Shown here: positions 16,586 through 24,205 of the stretch, piece after piece | Layout of the letters: every line of letters starts with the position of its first letter | How positions within the stretch are numbered: position 1 is the first letter of the stretch | Translations under genes and position numbers: made by a program | The notes under the pieces: model-generated | Database searches by the model: none | What the model saw: only the letters and a program-made list of their open reading frames with translations | Told to the model about the DNA's origin: nothing | NCBI RefSeq assembly: GCF_008000775.2 | Contig: NZ_CP042905.2 | Coordinates: forward strand, 780,001 to 812,000 | Reading direction: 5' to 3' | Length of the DNA stretch: 32,000 bases | From: Promethearchaeum syntrophicum | GTDB lineage: Archaea > Asgardarchaeota > Lokiarchaeia > Sigyniarchaeales > Promethearchaeaceae

Positions 16586-16957
16586 ATGTTTTGTGAACAT
16601 GGATTAACCAAAGAAACTTGCCCTTATTGCATGCAGCAATCTCGGATAAAACCTCCGACTCGTTTAGTGAAACTTGCACCAACAGAATTACCTATGGAAG
16701 TACCATTGATAAAAGATTTACAAAACCCCACATCTCCAATTAAAGAGTTATATAAAGAAAATAGCCCAGTTAATATTAAATCACGCCAATTAGAGAAGAA
16801 ATTTTCATTGAATATGGATTCCAATGAATATAATAAAACGCTTTTTGATAAAAGAATGACAGAATTAGAAAAATTAAGGGGATATTCAACAAATTCTGAG
16901 GATATTACTCCAAATGTCCAAATATTTGATTTAAAAAAGAAATTCACTAAAAAATAA
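16586..16957 (+). CDS. Small hypothetical protein with an N-terminal Cys/His knuckle (C-x-H-x6-C-x2-C) and a Pro/Lys-rich, probably disordered remainder
   Basis: ATG start, MFCEHGLTKETCPYC. Its composition is more protein-like than the F/S/L-rich antisense ORF 16624..16947. Confidence 0.5.
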   Translation: MFCEHGLTKETCPYCMQQSRIKPPTRLVKLAPTELPMEVPLIKDLQNPTSPIKELYKENSPVNIKSRQLEKKFSLNMDSNEYNKTLFDKRMTELEKLRGYSTNSEDITPNVQIFDLKKKFTKK

Positions 16958-16981
16958 ACCTATTTTTAATTCCAGTAAATA

Positions 16982-18154
16982 TTACAAATTAAATAACACG
17001 TCTATAGCTTTATTGTGATTTGGGGGACATCCTGGGATAAAATTCTTTCTCAAATCCTCTGCAATGCTTTTTGTACATTTACCGAAAAAAACAACAGGAT
17101 TCTCAAAATTCGGGATTTCTGTAATACTTGTATTTCCTATAAAAACATCAATTCTAGGATATTTTTGTTGTAAATTTTGAAACTTTTTAATATATTCTGG
17201 AGTAAACATGATTTTTCTGAACATTCTCGAAAATGCCATTTGACAATTGGAACATCCATAAGGCGAAGTGTGCAAAAAAATATTTCCATATTTCATATAT
17301 GAATCCGGTTTTTGAAAAGGTGGATCAGCAGGTATTATGGGTTCACTTCCAGGTGCTAAATTAACTTTTTTTTTTGGCAAATGTTGAACATCCTCAATAG
17401 AAACACCCATAATTTGACAAGCTGCATTATCCAATTCAATCATATCTTTTCCCGCTATTAAAATATTTAAATGTCGAACTTTTGTTTGATTTTCGGGACC
17501 AGTCACAGGACCCGTTCCTTCTAAAGCGCAAGTACTATCAATTATACTAAATTCGGGTTGGATTACCTTTGCGTACTCACGAATGCAAGAATGAAGCGAA
17601 CCCGCGCCATCATAACCTAGATGAAAATTCTTTTTATCTTGAAAAAGTAGTAACCCCTTTTGATTTTTCATGGATAACGTTACTGCTGTCATCTGATGGG
17701 TTTTCATTTTAGCTATATTGATATAAGAATGTGTACGGCAAATTTTTGGAAGTTTTAGTGTTCCATAAATCCATGGATACTCATCGAATTCAGTAAATTG
17801 CAAATTTAATATCCTTACATTGATTCCGTGCTTTTTTTTCAATCTATCAACCATTTTTCTATATCCTGTTTCTTTAATTAACCGTTGGAAATTTTTTTGG
17901 TTTATTGAGAAAAACCCCGAATTCTCCCCAATTACAAATTCTTCCACACCTTTATCCTTCAATGCTAAAATAAGACCTCCTATAACTTTAGGATCAGTAA
18001 TAACGGCTGTCTGAGGTTTTACAGCATCGACGATATTTGGTTTTAATAGGACTTTTGTTTTAGAAGGAGTATAGTTCAGCTGAGCCATCAATTTTAAAAA
18101 TGCGTTTTTAACTTCTTCAACTGGTTTAGTTTTTGTGTGAATTATCGATATCAT
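16982..18154 (-). CDS. DUF362 domain-containing protein
   Basis: KVLLKPNIVDA...AVITDPKVIGGLILALKDKGVEEFVIGENSG matches the DUF362 N-terminal pattern (vliKPNlv...thP.vv.av...l...G...v.vgd). Cys-rich C-terminus (GCSNC, GKCTKS, PGCPP). Confidence 0.7.
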   Translation of the reverse strand: MISIIHTKTKPVEEVKNAFLKLMAQLNYTPSKTKVLLKPNIVDAVKPQTAVITDPKVIGGLILALKDKGVEEFVIGENSGFFSINQKNFQRLIKETGYRKMVDRLKKKHGINVRILNLQFTEFDEYPWIYGTLKLPKICRTHSYINIAKMKTHQMTAVTLSMKNQKGLLLFQDKKNFHLGYDGAGSLHSCIREYAKVIQPEFSIIDSTCALEGTGPVTGPENQTKVRHLNILIAGKDMIELDNAACQIMGVSIEDVQHLPKKKVNLAPGSEPIIPADPPFQKPDSYMKYGNIFLHTSPYGCSNCQMAFSRMFRKIMFTPEYIKKFQNLQQKYPRIDVFIGNTSITEIPNFENPVVFFGKCTKSIAEDLRKNFIPGCPPNHNKAIDVLFNL

Positions 18155-18224
18155 GAAAATTTTTACCCATATTTTGTTATTTTTGATTTAATTTGAAATG
18201 TTTTAATTTGACGGAAACGTATTT

Positions 18225-18620
18225 TCACAATGTATCTTTATAATTCTCAAATATTCGTTTAATTTCATCAGTAATATCTTCCTTTTTCAATTTTCTTTTG
18301 ATGTAATTAAGAATCTGGTTTTCCATTTGGTCAGAATCAGGGATAATATCCTTTTTCGCAATGGCTGCTCTGATTTCAATCAAATCTCGTTCTATTTTTT
18401 CGATATGATCTGATTGTTCGGAATTTTGTTGTAATAATTCATCCATCAAGTTTGAATATTGTCCGGGATTTCTGATTTTGATATATTCATTAACAGCTTC
18501 TCTAATAAATGCAGATAAACTTTCCCTATTGTTATTTAATTCCCACCTAGTTAATTCTTCCTCAGAGATCGCTAAACTAATTCGTTTTTTAATTCGATTC
18601 TTTTTTTGAATTTCAGTCAT
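18225..18620 (-). CDS. Ribbon-helix-helix (CopG-like) DNA-binding protein with a coiled-coil C-terminal half
   Basis: KKRISLAISEEELTRWELNNNRESLSAFIREAVNEYIK fits the beta-strand/helix/helix RHH pattern. 131 aa with an ATG start. Confidence 0.55.
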   Translation of the reverse strand: MTEIQKKNRIKKRISLAISEEELTRWELNNNRESLSAFIREAVNEYIKIRNPGQYSNLMDELLQQNSEQSDHIEKIERDLIEIRAAIAKKDIIPDSDQMENQILNYIKRKLKKEDITDEIKRIFENYKDTL

Positions 18621-18630
18621 ACTTTCACAT

Positions 18631-18686
18631 ATTAATTCATACCATTTAATAAAAAATTAATGCTTTCATTAATTTCATTAATTAAT
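18631..18686. promoter_or_regulatory. Array of five ATTAAT palindromic hexamers, including the inverted repeat ATTAATG-cttt-CATTAAT and a tandem TTTCATTAA x2, in the divergent RHH/FKBP promoter region
   Basis: ATTAAT occurs at 18631, 18656, 18668, 18677 and 18681 (read directly). The inverted repeat is 18656-18673. The tandem 9-mers are 18664-18672 and 18673-18681. This is a candidate operator, but could also be TATA-like elements. Confidence 0.3.
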
Positions 18687-18696
18687 CACTATTGGA

Positions 18697-19743
18697 ATGA
18701 TTAAAATGGCTGAAACTGAAACCAAAAAAAATACAAAAAAAGTTACTAAAAAAGTTACTAAAAAAGCTACTAAGAAAACAACCAAAAAAGCAACTAAAAA
18801 ATCCACTAAGAAACCAACAAAAAAAACAACCAAAAAAGTTGCAAAAGAAGAACCTTCAAAAGTTGATGTAGAAACTGAAGTTGATAATAAAGCTAAAGAA
18901 GAAGCTGAAAAGAAAAAGAAATTGAAAACTAAAAAGGTTAAAATTGGAGATATGGTCTCAGTTGATATTCGTGGAAAGACCATAGAACCTGAAGATCCAA
19001 AAAGAGAAATCGTTTTTCAAGCTTCAAATCCTGAGGATGCTCAAATGCTCCCAAATTACGATCCAAAGAAATTAGAGCAGTATGTTCCTGATTTAGCAAT
19101 TATTGGGAAACAAGGATTTATCACGGATAGTATTGATGCCGTAATTCAAGAAGGAATAAAATATTTTGAAGAAAAAATAATCCAACTTGAACCTGCAGAC
19201 GCTTTTGGTGAACGAGTAGGAAATAAAATTGAAAAAGTCAGCGCAAAACAATTTAAGAAAGATATGAATGAAGAACCAAGACCAGGAGCGACATACAAAG
19301 ATAAAAAAGGAAGATCGGGGACTGTTTTACGGGCCGCTCAGGGGCGACTCCTTGTAGATTTTAATCATCCACTTGCAGGAAGAAAAATCGAATATAAAAT
19401 TAAAGTAATTGATTGTATTGAGGGATTTGACAATCAAGTAAAGGCACTTTTGGGTAGACGCATGCCAGGTTTAGATACAATTTTGAATGAATTTAAGATT
19501 AAACATATTGAAAAGGAAAGTATTCTGGAAATTGAATTACCACAGATGTTTGTATATCAGATAGCTCAACAACAAGGTGGGCTTTATTTTAAAATGGGAG
19601 CAAGTATGGATATTCAAGAGCATTTAGGTATCGAAACAGTAAAATTTGTCGAGGTTTACGCTAAACCTCCAGTGCCTGAAGTCAATCATGATGAACACGA
19701 CCATGATCACCATAATCATGACCATGACCATAAAGAAAAATAA
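18697..19743 (+). CDS. Long-type archaeal FKBP peptidyl-prolyl isomerase (SlyD-like) with an N-terminal 10x xTKK basic repeat tail and a C-terminal His/Asp-rich tail
   Basis: FKBP core: GDMVSVDIRGKT... with an insert-in-flap region, then LLVDFNHPLAGRKIEYKIKVI (the DxNHPLAG signature). N-terminus is ETKK NTKK VTKK VTKK ATKK TTKK ATKK STKK PTKK TTKK. C-terminus is VNHDEHDHDHHNHDHDHKEK. The start is ATG 18697 or ATG 18706. Confidence 0.8.
   Translation: MIKMAETETKKNTKKVTKKVTKKATKKTTKKATKKSTKKPTKKTTKKVAKEEPSKVDVETEVDNKAKEEAEKKKKLKTKKVKIGDMVSVDIRGKTIEPEDPKREIVFQASNPEDAQMLPNYDPKKLEQYVPDLAIIGKQGFITDSIDAVIQEGIKYFEEKIIQLEPADAFGERVGNKIEKVSAKQFKKDMNEEPRPGATYKDKKGRSGTVLRAAQGRLLVDFNHPLAGRKIEYKIKVIDCIEGFDNQVKALLGRRMPGLDTILNEFKIKHIEKESILEIELPQMFVYQIAQQQGGLYFKMGASMDIQEHLGIETVKFVEVYAKPPVPEVNHDEHDHDHHNHDHDHKEK
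18718..18837 (+). repeat. In-frame 12-nt tandem repeat, 10 units, encoding xTKK tetrapeptides
   Basis: Read directly: ...aaaaaagttactaaaaaagttactaaaaaagctactaagaaaacaaccaaaaaagcaact... The period is 12 nt, entirely inside the FKBP CDS. Confidence 0.9.
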
Positions 19744-19750
19744 TTTTAAT

Positions 19751-19765
19751 CTTTCTTTTTTTTTA
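19751..19765 (+). terminator. Oligo-T tract (T9) after the FKBP gene, a candidate archaeal intrinsic terminator
   Basis: ctttcttttttttta begins 8 nt after the TAA stop. Archaeal RNA polymerase is known to terminate at oligo-dT runs. Confidence 0.35.
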
Positions 19766-19805
19766 TCCCAAAATATTGTAAAATAGCAGTTGGACGTGAA
19801 CCCTA

Positions 19806-20642
19806 ATAACCAGTAAATTCATTGTAACAGACCTAGATGGAACGTTACTCGATCATCCTAAATATCTTTCAAAGAAATATGTTAAAGATTTGAACGAAAT
19901 GATAGACAAGGGATTAAAATTTACAATTGCTACAGGTCGAGATATGAAAAAAACCTTAAAAGCTATTCCAGATTTAAAACTTCCTTACCCATGTATTCTT
20001 ACAAATGGTGCTCTTCTTGCTGACTTAAAGACTCAAGAATTTTTAAAAATAACAAATATAAATCCAACAATAATTAATGAGATCTTGACTCTAAGCGATG
20101 AATTTAAAATTCCACCAATAGTTTTTGCAGTGTTTAATCCTAATTCTAAAAAGGTAACTTTTAATAAGGGAACTTGGGGATCTAAGGGAATTAAACCATT
20201 AGAAAGTGAACATTATCTCCCCTTTAAAGAACAGGATGTCGTAAGCATACAATTTCACACCAAAAAAGAACTTCTCGATCCTTTTAAAGATATAATATAT
20301 AAAAACTTCAAAAAAGAAACTAATTTAATCTATATAGAAGATGTAGCCTATAATGCTTTAGGTTATGAAGGAGAATGGTATTGGCTTGAAATAAATTCAC
20401 ATGAAGCGGGCAAAGCTCAAATGCTTCGTTATTTAACTGATCACTTAAATATTAAAATGCAAGATGTGGTTGCTTTTGGTGATAATCATAATGATATTGG
20501 AATGTTAAAAGCAGCTGGTTATGGAATTGCCATGAAAAATTCCCCTGCTGAATTAAAAGAGGTTGCTGATTATATTGCTCCAAGTAATGCTGACGGGGGA
20601 GTTATTACATATATTAAATCTCATATCGAAGAACTTTTATAA
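19806..20642 (+). CDS. HAD-IIB (Cof-type) phosphatase; 5' end unresolved (the ORF is open from 19800, and the first canonical start is TTG 19890)
   Basis: Motif I FIVTDLDGTLL is encoded at 19818-19850, upstream of the track's start. Motif II is FTIATGR and motif IV is FGDNHNDIGM. In-frame stop at 19797. Only ATA (19806) or ATT (19821) could initiate in frame before motif I. Confidence 0.7.
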   Translation: MTSKFIVTDLDGTLLDHPKYLSKKYVKDLNEMIDKGLKFTIATGRDMKKTLKAIPDLKLPYPCILTNGALLADLKTQEFLKITNINPTIINEILTLSDEFKIPPIVFAVFNPNSKKVTFNKGTWGSKGIKPLESEHYLPFKEQDVVSIQFHTKKELLDPFKDIIYKNFKKETNLIYIEDVAYNALGYEGEWYWLEINSHEAGKAQMLRYLTDHLNIKMQDVVAFGDNHNDIGMLKAAGYGIAMKNSPAELKEVADYIAPSNADGGVITYIKSHIEELL

Positions 20643-22022
20643 CTAAACAACCGGTTCATCTTCATCGCTTAATGATTTGAATTCTTCAAGTTTTTTAGAA
20701 AATTCATCAAAAGAACCTAACGATTTCAACGCTTCATCAATAACCTTATCTGCTTTAGATTTTATTGGATTTTTTTCGCTAGTCTTTATTTTTTTAGAGA
20801 TTGTCTTATGAGTCTTTTTTGGAGTTTTTTTTTTTTTACCTTCTATAACAGGTTTTACAATCTTAGCCTTATCTTTCTTTAACTTTAATTCCAAGTTTTT
20901 TATATCAAAATCGCTACCTACTTCTCCTTTGGTGACCTCCGAGAGACTTGCCATAATTTCATTTAAATCTTTTGCAGAACCAGTTCCAATATCAGTAGGA
21001 TAATAATTTCTTTCTTCCGGTGATGAATTTTCTGTAGAAATTGCATGGGTAGTTCCATTTTGCTTTTGTCTTTCGACATGTAAATTTTCACGGTTAATTT
21101 CAATTTTTTCTAACACATCTTCAAAATTATCCTTCAAATATTTCAAAGCAAAATTAATAATTTCATCAGAATTTCTCCATTTTCTCTCTTTTTGAACCAA
21201 TTTCTCAATCCAACTAAAAAGATTATAATCTAAACTGACATTGATTAATTTTGTTCCTTTATCAGTACTCGCTGTATCTAATAACCACATAAAGATATTT
21301 GCAATGAGATCTTGATTATTCAAAGCAAAAAAGCCATATGATGAAGATAACGATGAAAACATTGAAATTGTTGTTAAGGCAATGACTCTACCTTTATAAT
21401 AATTTAAAGCGAGAGACATAATGCTTCGTGGAGCATCTTCTTCTTCAGCCCATTGTTCTCCATTCCATATTGTATGAAAACTATTTAAACTTGTTTTACA
21501 TATTGGAATGGCTTTAATATTTTCATCTGCTTCAATGTAATCTAACAATTTAATACTACAAGCGCTTGATTGGACTATACTATCTATATTTCGGGTAATT
21601 AAATGAGGTTCGGTTTCATTTATTATAACCCGATTTTGTTGAGATAAGAAATTCATCGAATCGAACATGATATCTGAATTAAATTCAAACCCAAAATGTC
21701 TGGTTAAATCATTTAGGTTGGTGTTTGCGCCATAATCTCCGCCTTCATCATTAATAACTAATAAATTTCCTCCGTTTTTAATATAATCAACAATAACCTC
21801 TATCTCATTTGGTTGAAAAACGGTTTCTCGAGGACCACCAATAACACACATTTTATATTTCTTAAGTTTATCAACACTTGTAAAACCCGCTTGGATTTTA
21901 CCTAACGCAAATGAAGACCCAAAGAGATATTCCGTAAAGTCTGAATAACTGGGGGATTCAAGAGTTAGCGTGTTATTATGAGAGTAATCGAATACAATTG
22001 ATTTAGGATTTTTTTTAGTCAT
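20643..22022 (-). CDS. Hypothetical protein: N-terminal GIFT-like (IFT52/GldG-type) domain, then an RHH-like segment, then a Lys-rich disordered tail
   Basis: 459 aa with an ATG start. Residues ~57-120, KMCVIGGPRETVFQPNEIEVIVDYIKNGGNLLVINDEGGDYGANTNLNDLTRHFGFEFNSDIMFD, were compared from memory with human IFT52 KLWITAGPREKFTAAEFEILKKYLDTGGDVFVMLGEGGESRFDTNINFLLEEYGIMVNNDAVVR. Later, GRVIALTTISMFSS...IANIFMWL parallels GKLAVLGSCHMFSD...MDVVFQWL. Residues ~258-297, KLINVSLDYNLFSWIEKLVQKERKWRNSDEIINFALKYL, fit an RHH pattern. Confidence 0.55.
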   Translation of the reverse strand: MTKKNPKSIVFDYSHNNTLTLESPSYSDFTEYLFGSSFALGKIQAGFTSVDKLKKYKMCVIGGPRETVFQPNEIEVIVDYIKNGGNLLVINDEGGDYGANTNLNDLTRHFGFEFNSDIMFDSMNFLSQQNRVIINETEPHLITRNIDSIVQSSACSIKLLDYIEADENIKAIPICKTSLNSFHTIWNGEQWAEEEDAPRSIMSLALNYYKGRVIALTTISMFSSLSSSYGFFALNNQDLIANIFMWLLDTASTDKGTKLINVSLDYNLFSWIEKLVQKERKWRNSDEIINFALKYLKDNFEDVLEKIEINRENLHVERQKQNGTTHAISTENSSPEERNYYPTDIGTGSAKDLNEIMASLSEVTKGEVGSDFDIKNLELKLKKDKAKIVKPVIEGKKKKTPKKTHKTISKKIKTSEKNPIKSKADKVIDEALKSLGSFDEFSKKLEEFKSLSDEDEPVV

Positions 22023-22104
22023 CTATGTTTTTACCTAGAATTACATTACGTTTAAATTTAAAATAATTTTCCCTCAAAAGGTGTTTTTTTCAATTTTTCT
22101 TAAT

Positions 22105-22974
22105 TTAAAATAATTCCTTTTTCTTCACTAAAATTTCAATAACTACATGATATAAGTGGGGTTTATATATCTTAACAATTCTACGCTCAATTAATGATGT
22201 GAGAAATCCCTCCCGATTTGCAATTTCTGAAAATTCTCGAAAAAGCTCCGTTGATTCTTTCCCTTCTACTCCTTCATATACGATTACACCACCATTATTA
22301 TTGATCACAGATAAGGCAGACGAAATCGCATCAACAGGTGCGGGTAGTAATCCCATAATAATCCTATCTGCACAAATATTGTTTTCTTTCAGTTCGACTA
22401 TTTTTTCTTTACAATCTCCAAAAATAGGAGTAATTATTGAATCCACATGATTCAACCGAATGTTTTCACATAGATAATTGTATGCTTCAGGATTCCATTC
22501 AATAGAATAGATTTTTTTGGGTTTTTTGGTTCTTGCCATGCCCAATGAGAAATATCCTATCCCGGCAAACATATCAATGATTGTTTCTCCTTCTTTAATT
22601 CTTGTAGGCAGTATTCTTCTTTCGGTTACATTTCCTTTTGCAAACATAATCTTTGTAAAATCAAACTTATATCGAACGTGATTCTCTGTTAGAATTATCT
22701 CTGATTTTGGATCTCCCCATAAATGAGCCAGTCCTTGTGGTTGTCGAAATTTTCCTTGAATTTCACCAGATCTGTGCCAAATAGCTTTAAGAGATGGTAG
22801 AATTTCATGCATTGATTTAGCAATTTGATTAGCATATATTCGAAGTTCTGGTTTTAGATTTAAAATTGCTATATGATTTAATTCTTGATACCCTCGAGGC
22901 AATATATTTAAGAAGTTTTTTGGAAAATTTTCATCTTTTCTAAGTTCGATCTTAAGCATTTCTTTGAATTTCAT
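22105..22974 (-). CDS. taw2: Taw2/TYW2-type Trm5-family enzyme (tRNA 4-demethylwyosine aminocarboxypropyltransferase-like)
   Basis: YKFDFTKIMFAKGNVTERR, IIDMFAGIGYFSL, YSIEWNPEAYNYLCENIRLN, ADRIIMGLL and the C-terminal KIYKPHLYHVVIE align closely by eye with M. jannaschii Taw2 (FKLDVAKIMWSQGNIEERK, VVDMFAGIGYFTI, YAIEKNPTAYHYLCENIKLN, ADRVIMGYV, KKYAPGVWHVVVD, from memory). Confidence 0.7.
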   Translation of the reverse strand: MKFKEMLKIELRKDENFPKNFLNILPRGYQELNHIAILNLKPELRIYANQIAKSMHEILPSLKAIWHRSGEIQGKFRQPQGLAHLWGDPKSEIILTENHVRYKFDFTKIMFAKGNVTERRILPTRIKEGETIIDMFAGIGYFSLGMARTKKPKKIYSIEWNPEAYNYLCENIRLNHVDSIITPIFGDCKEKIVELKENNICADRIIMGLLPAPVDAISSALSVINNNGGVIVYEGVEGKESTELFREFSEIANREGFLTSLIERRIVKIYKPHLYHVVIEILVKKKELF

Positions 22975-22983
22975 TAGTATCCC

Positions 22984-23352
22984 CTATTTAAAACCTACAA
23001 CTTCAATTTTATATTTAAGTTTTTCAACATTTTTTTTTAACTCTTTTAAAATTTGGTTTGCTCTTGATTTTGTTAAATTAAATTCCACCAAATCAGGTGA
23101 ATCATATGAAATACCCCCCACAATAAGTGTCCCTAATTCACACTCGATACAAATAGTGGAGTTCTCATAAAGTAGAGACTGAACTTTAGGGTAAATTTCT
23201 TCTCCGTATAAAAGTGAAACTATGTTTTCCATATCATTTTTTAAATAAAGATATGTGTATGGGTCAGATTTTAAAGAAAAAACTAGATATTGTTGATTTT
23301 TATGAATGAAATGCATAAATATCTTTTCGATATCGGGTTTTATATCTACCAT
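22984..23352 (-). CDS. Hypothetical 122-aa protein whose secondary-structure pattern fits a Roadblock/LC7 (MglB-like) fold
   Basis: ATG start, ending 9 nt before the taw2-like start (same strand). Predicted alpha-beta-beta-alpha-beta-beta-alpha pattern: IEKIFMHFI / YLVFSL / YTYLYL / IVSLLYGEEIYPKVQSLL / ICIECELGTLIVGGIS / LVEFNL / SRANQILKELKK. This is pattern recognition only. Confidence 0.45.
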   Translation of the reverse strand: MVDIKPDIEKIFMHFIHKNQQYLVFSLKSDPYTYLYLKNDMENIVSLLYGEEIYPKVQSLLYENSTICIECELGTLIVGGISYDSPDLVEFNLTKSRANQILKELKKNVEKLKYKIEVVGFK

Positions 23353-23618
23353 TATTAAATAACTTCAGTTTTTCTTCTATTTTCTATTTTTACATTTTTT
23401 GCGTTTTGAATAATAATCGGGTTGTTTATTATCAGAGAAATTTAAAAGATTTTTTTGTATAATCGTATTCCAACACAATATAGTGTTAAAAATCAATTTT
23501 TTTCTTTTTTCATAATTCTGAGGAGGAATTCGAAAAAACTTTTATAAAATTAACTACTAGGAACAATTGTTTTTGATCAATTATGAATAATTAATCATAA
23601 ACTAAAAAATTAGTGAGA

Positions 23619-24134
23619 ATGATAAAAATGGTAAGTTTTAAAGAAACATATGAAGCTATAAAAGCTGATATCACAAAGGGTGAAAAAAATTTCAACGTCG
23701 AATGCACAATGTTGAAAGAGGGAATGCAAACTGAAGTAAAAATGGGTGCAAAACCACACATTGTAATTATTGATGCTCCCCCAGGCTTAGATGGAACTGA
23801 TATGGGTCCAAGTCCGTTATTGGCTATTTTAGGCTCAATTGGTGCGTGTATAATTGCAGTGACCAAATTTTGGAGCAAAATAATGAACATTCAGATCGAT
23901 GAAATGAAAGTATTCAGCCGAGGGCATTTAAATCTTGGAGCACTTTTTGGGATCAATGATGAAATGTTACCTGGTTATGATAAACTTGAACCAATTATTC
24001 GGATTAAGAGCCCTGAACCTGAAGAAAGAATTAAGGAAATGATGGAAAAAGTTTATACCCATTGTCCTGTCATTACAAACTTTAATGGAGCAACTCCTTT
24101 AAATTATACTTTAAAATACAGAAAATCCGAATAA
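23619..24134 (+). CDS. OsmC/Ohr-family peroxiredoxin-like protein
   Basis: DAPPGLDGTDMGPSPLLAILGSIGACIIAV (the G.n.gPsP.elL...l..C motif) and YTHCPV (the second conserved Cys). Start is ATG 23619 or 23628; the track uses GTG 23613. Confidence 0.8.
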   Translation: MIKMVSFKETYEAIKADITKGEKNFNVECTMLKEGMQTEVKMGAKPHIVIIDAPPGLDGTDMGPSPLLAILGSIGACIIAVTKFWSKIMNIQIDEMKVFSRGHLNLGALFGINDEMLPGYDKLEPIIRIKSPEPEERIKEMMEKVYTHCPVITNFNGATPLNYTLKYRKSE

Positions 24135-24205
24135 GTATTTGTTTTCCTATTCGCAATTTCTTTTCTTTTTTATTATTTCATTAAACATTTTGAATTGGTT
24201 CAAAT

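Noticed and set aside
16624-16947. 107-aa minus-strand ORF opposite the zinc-knuckle gene
   Set aside because: Its F/S/L/N-rich composition is typical of the antisense of a K/E-rich gene. The plus-strand ORF has an ATG start, a Cys/His motif and protein-like composition.
18718-18837. The 12-nt periodic repeat could have been a CRISPR-like or minisatellite array
   Set aside because: The units are contiguous with no spacers, only 12 nt long, and in frame inside the FKBP CDS, where they encode xTKK. It is a coding microsatellite, not a CRISPR array. No other CRISPR-like repeat-spacer structure was seen in the window.
18678-18983. 101-aa minus-strand ORF (FLVxFLV repeats)
   Set aside because: It is the antisense mirror of the Lys-rich repeat of the FKBP gene. 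Its composition is F/L/V-only, with no independent support.
1089-19743. A nickel island linking larC, the NikR-like gene and the His-rich SlyD-like FKBP
   Set aside because: larC and the NikR-like gene are adjacent, but the FKBP lies ~16 kb away across many unrelated genes. The shared theme is noted, but there is no positional evidence for a single system.
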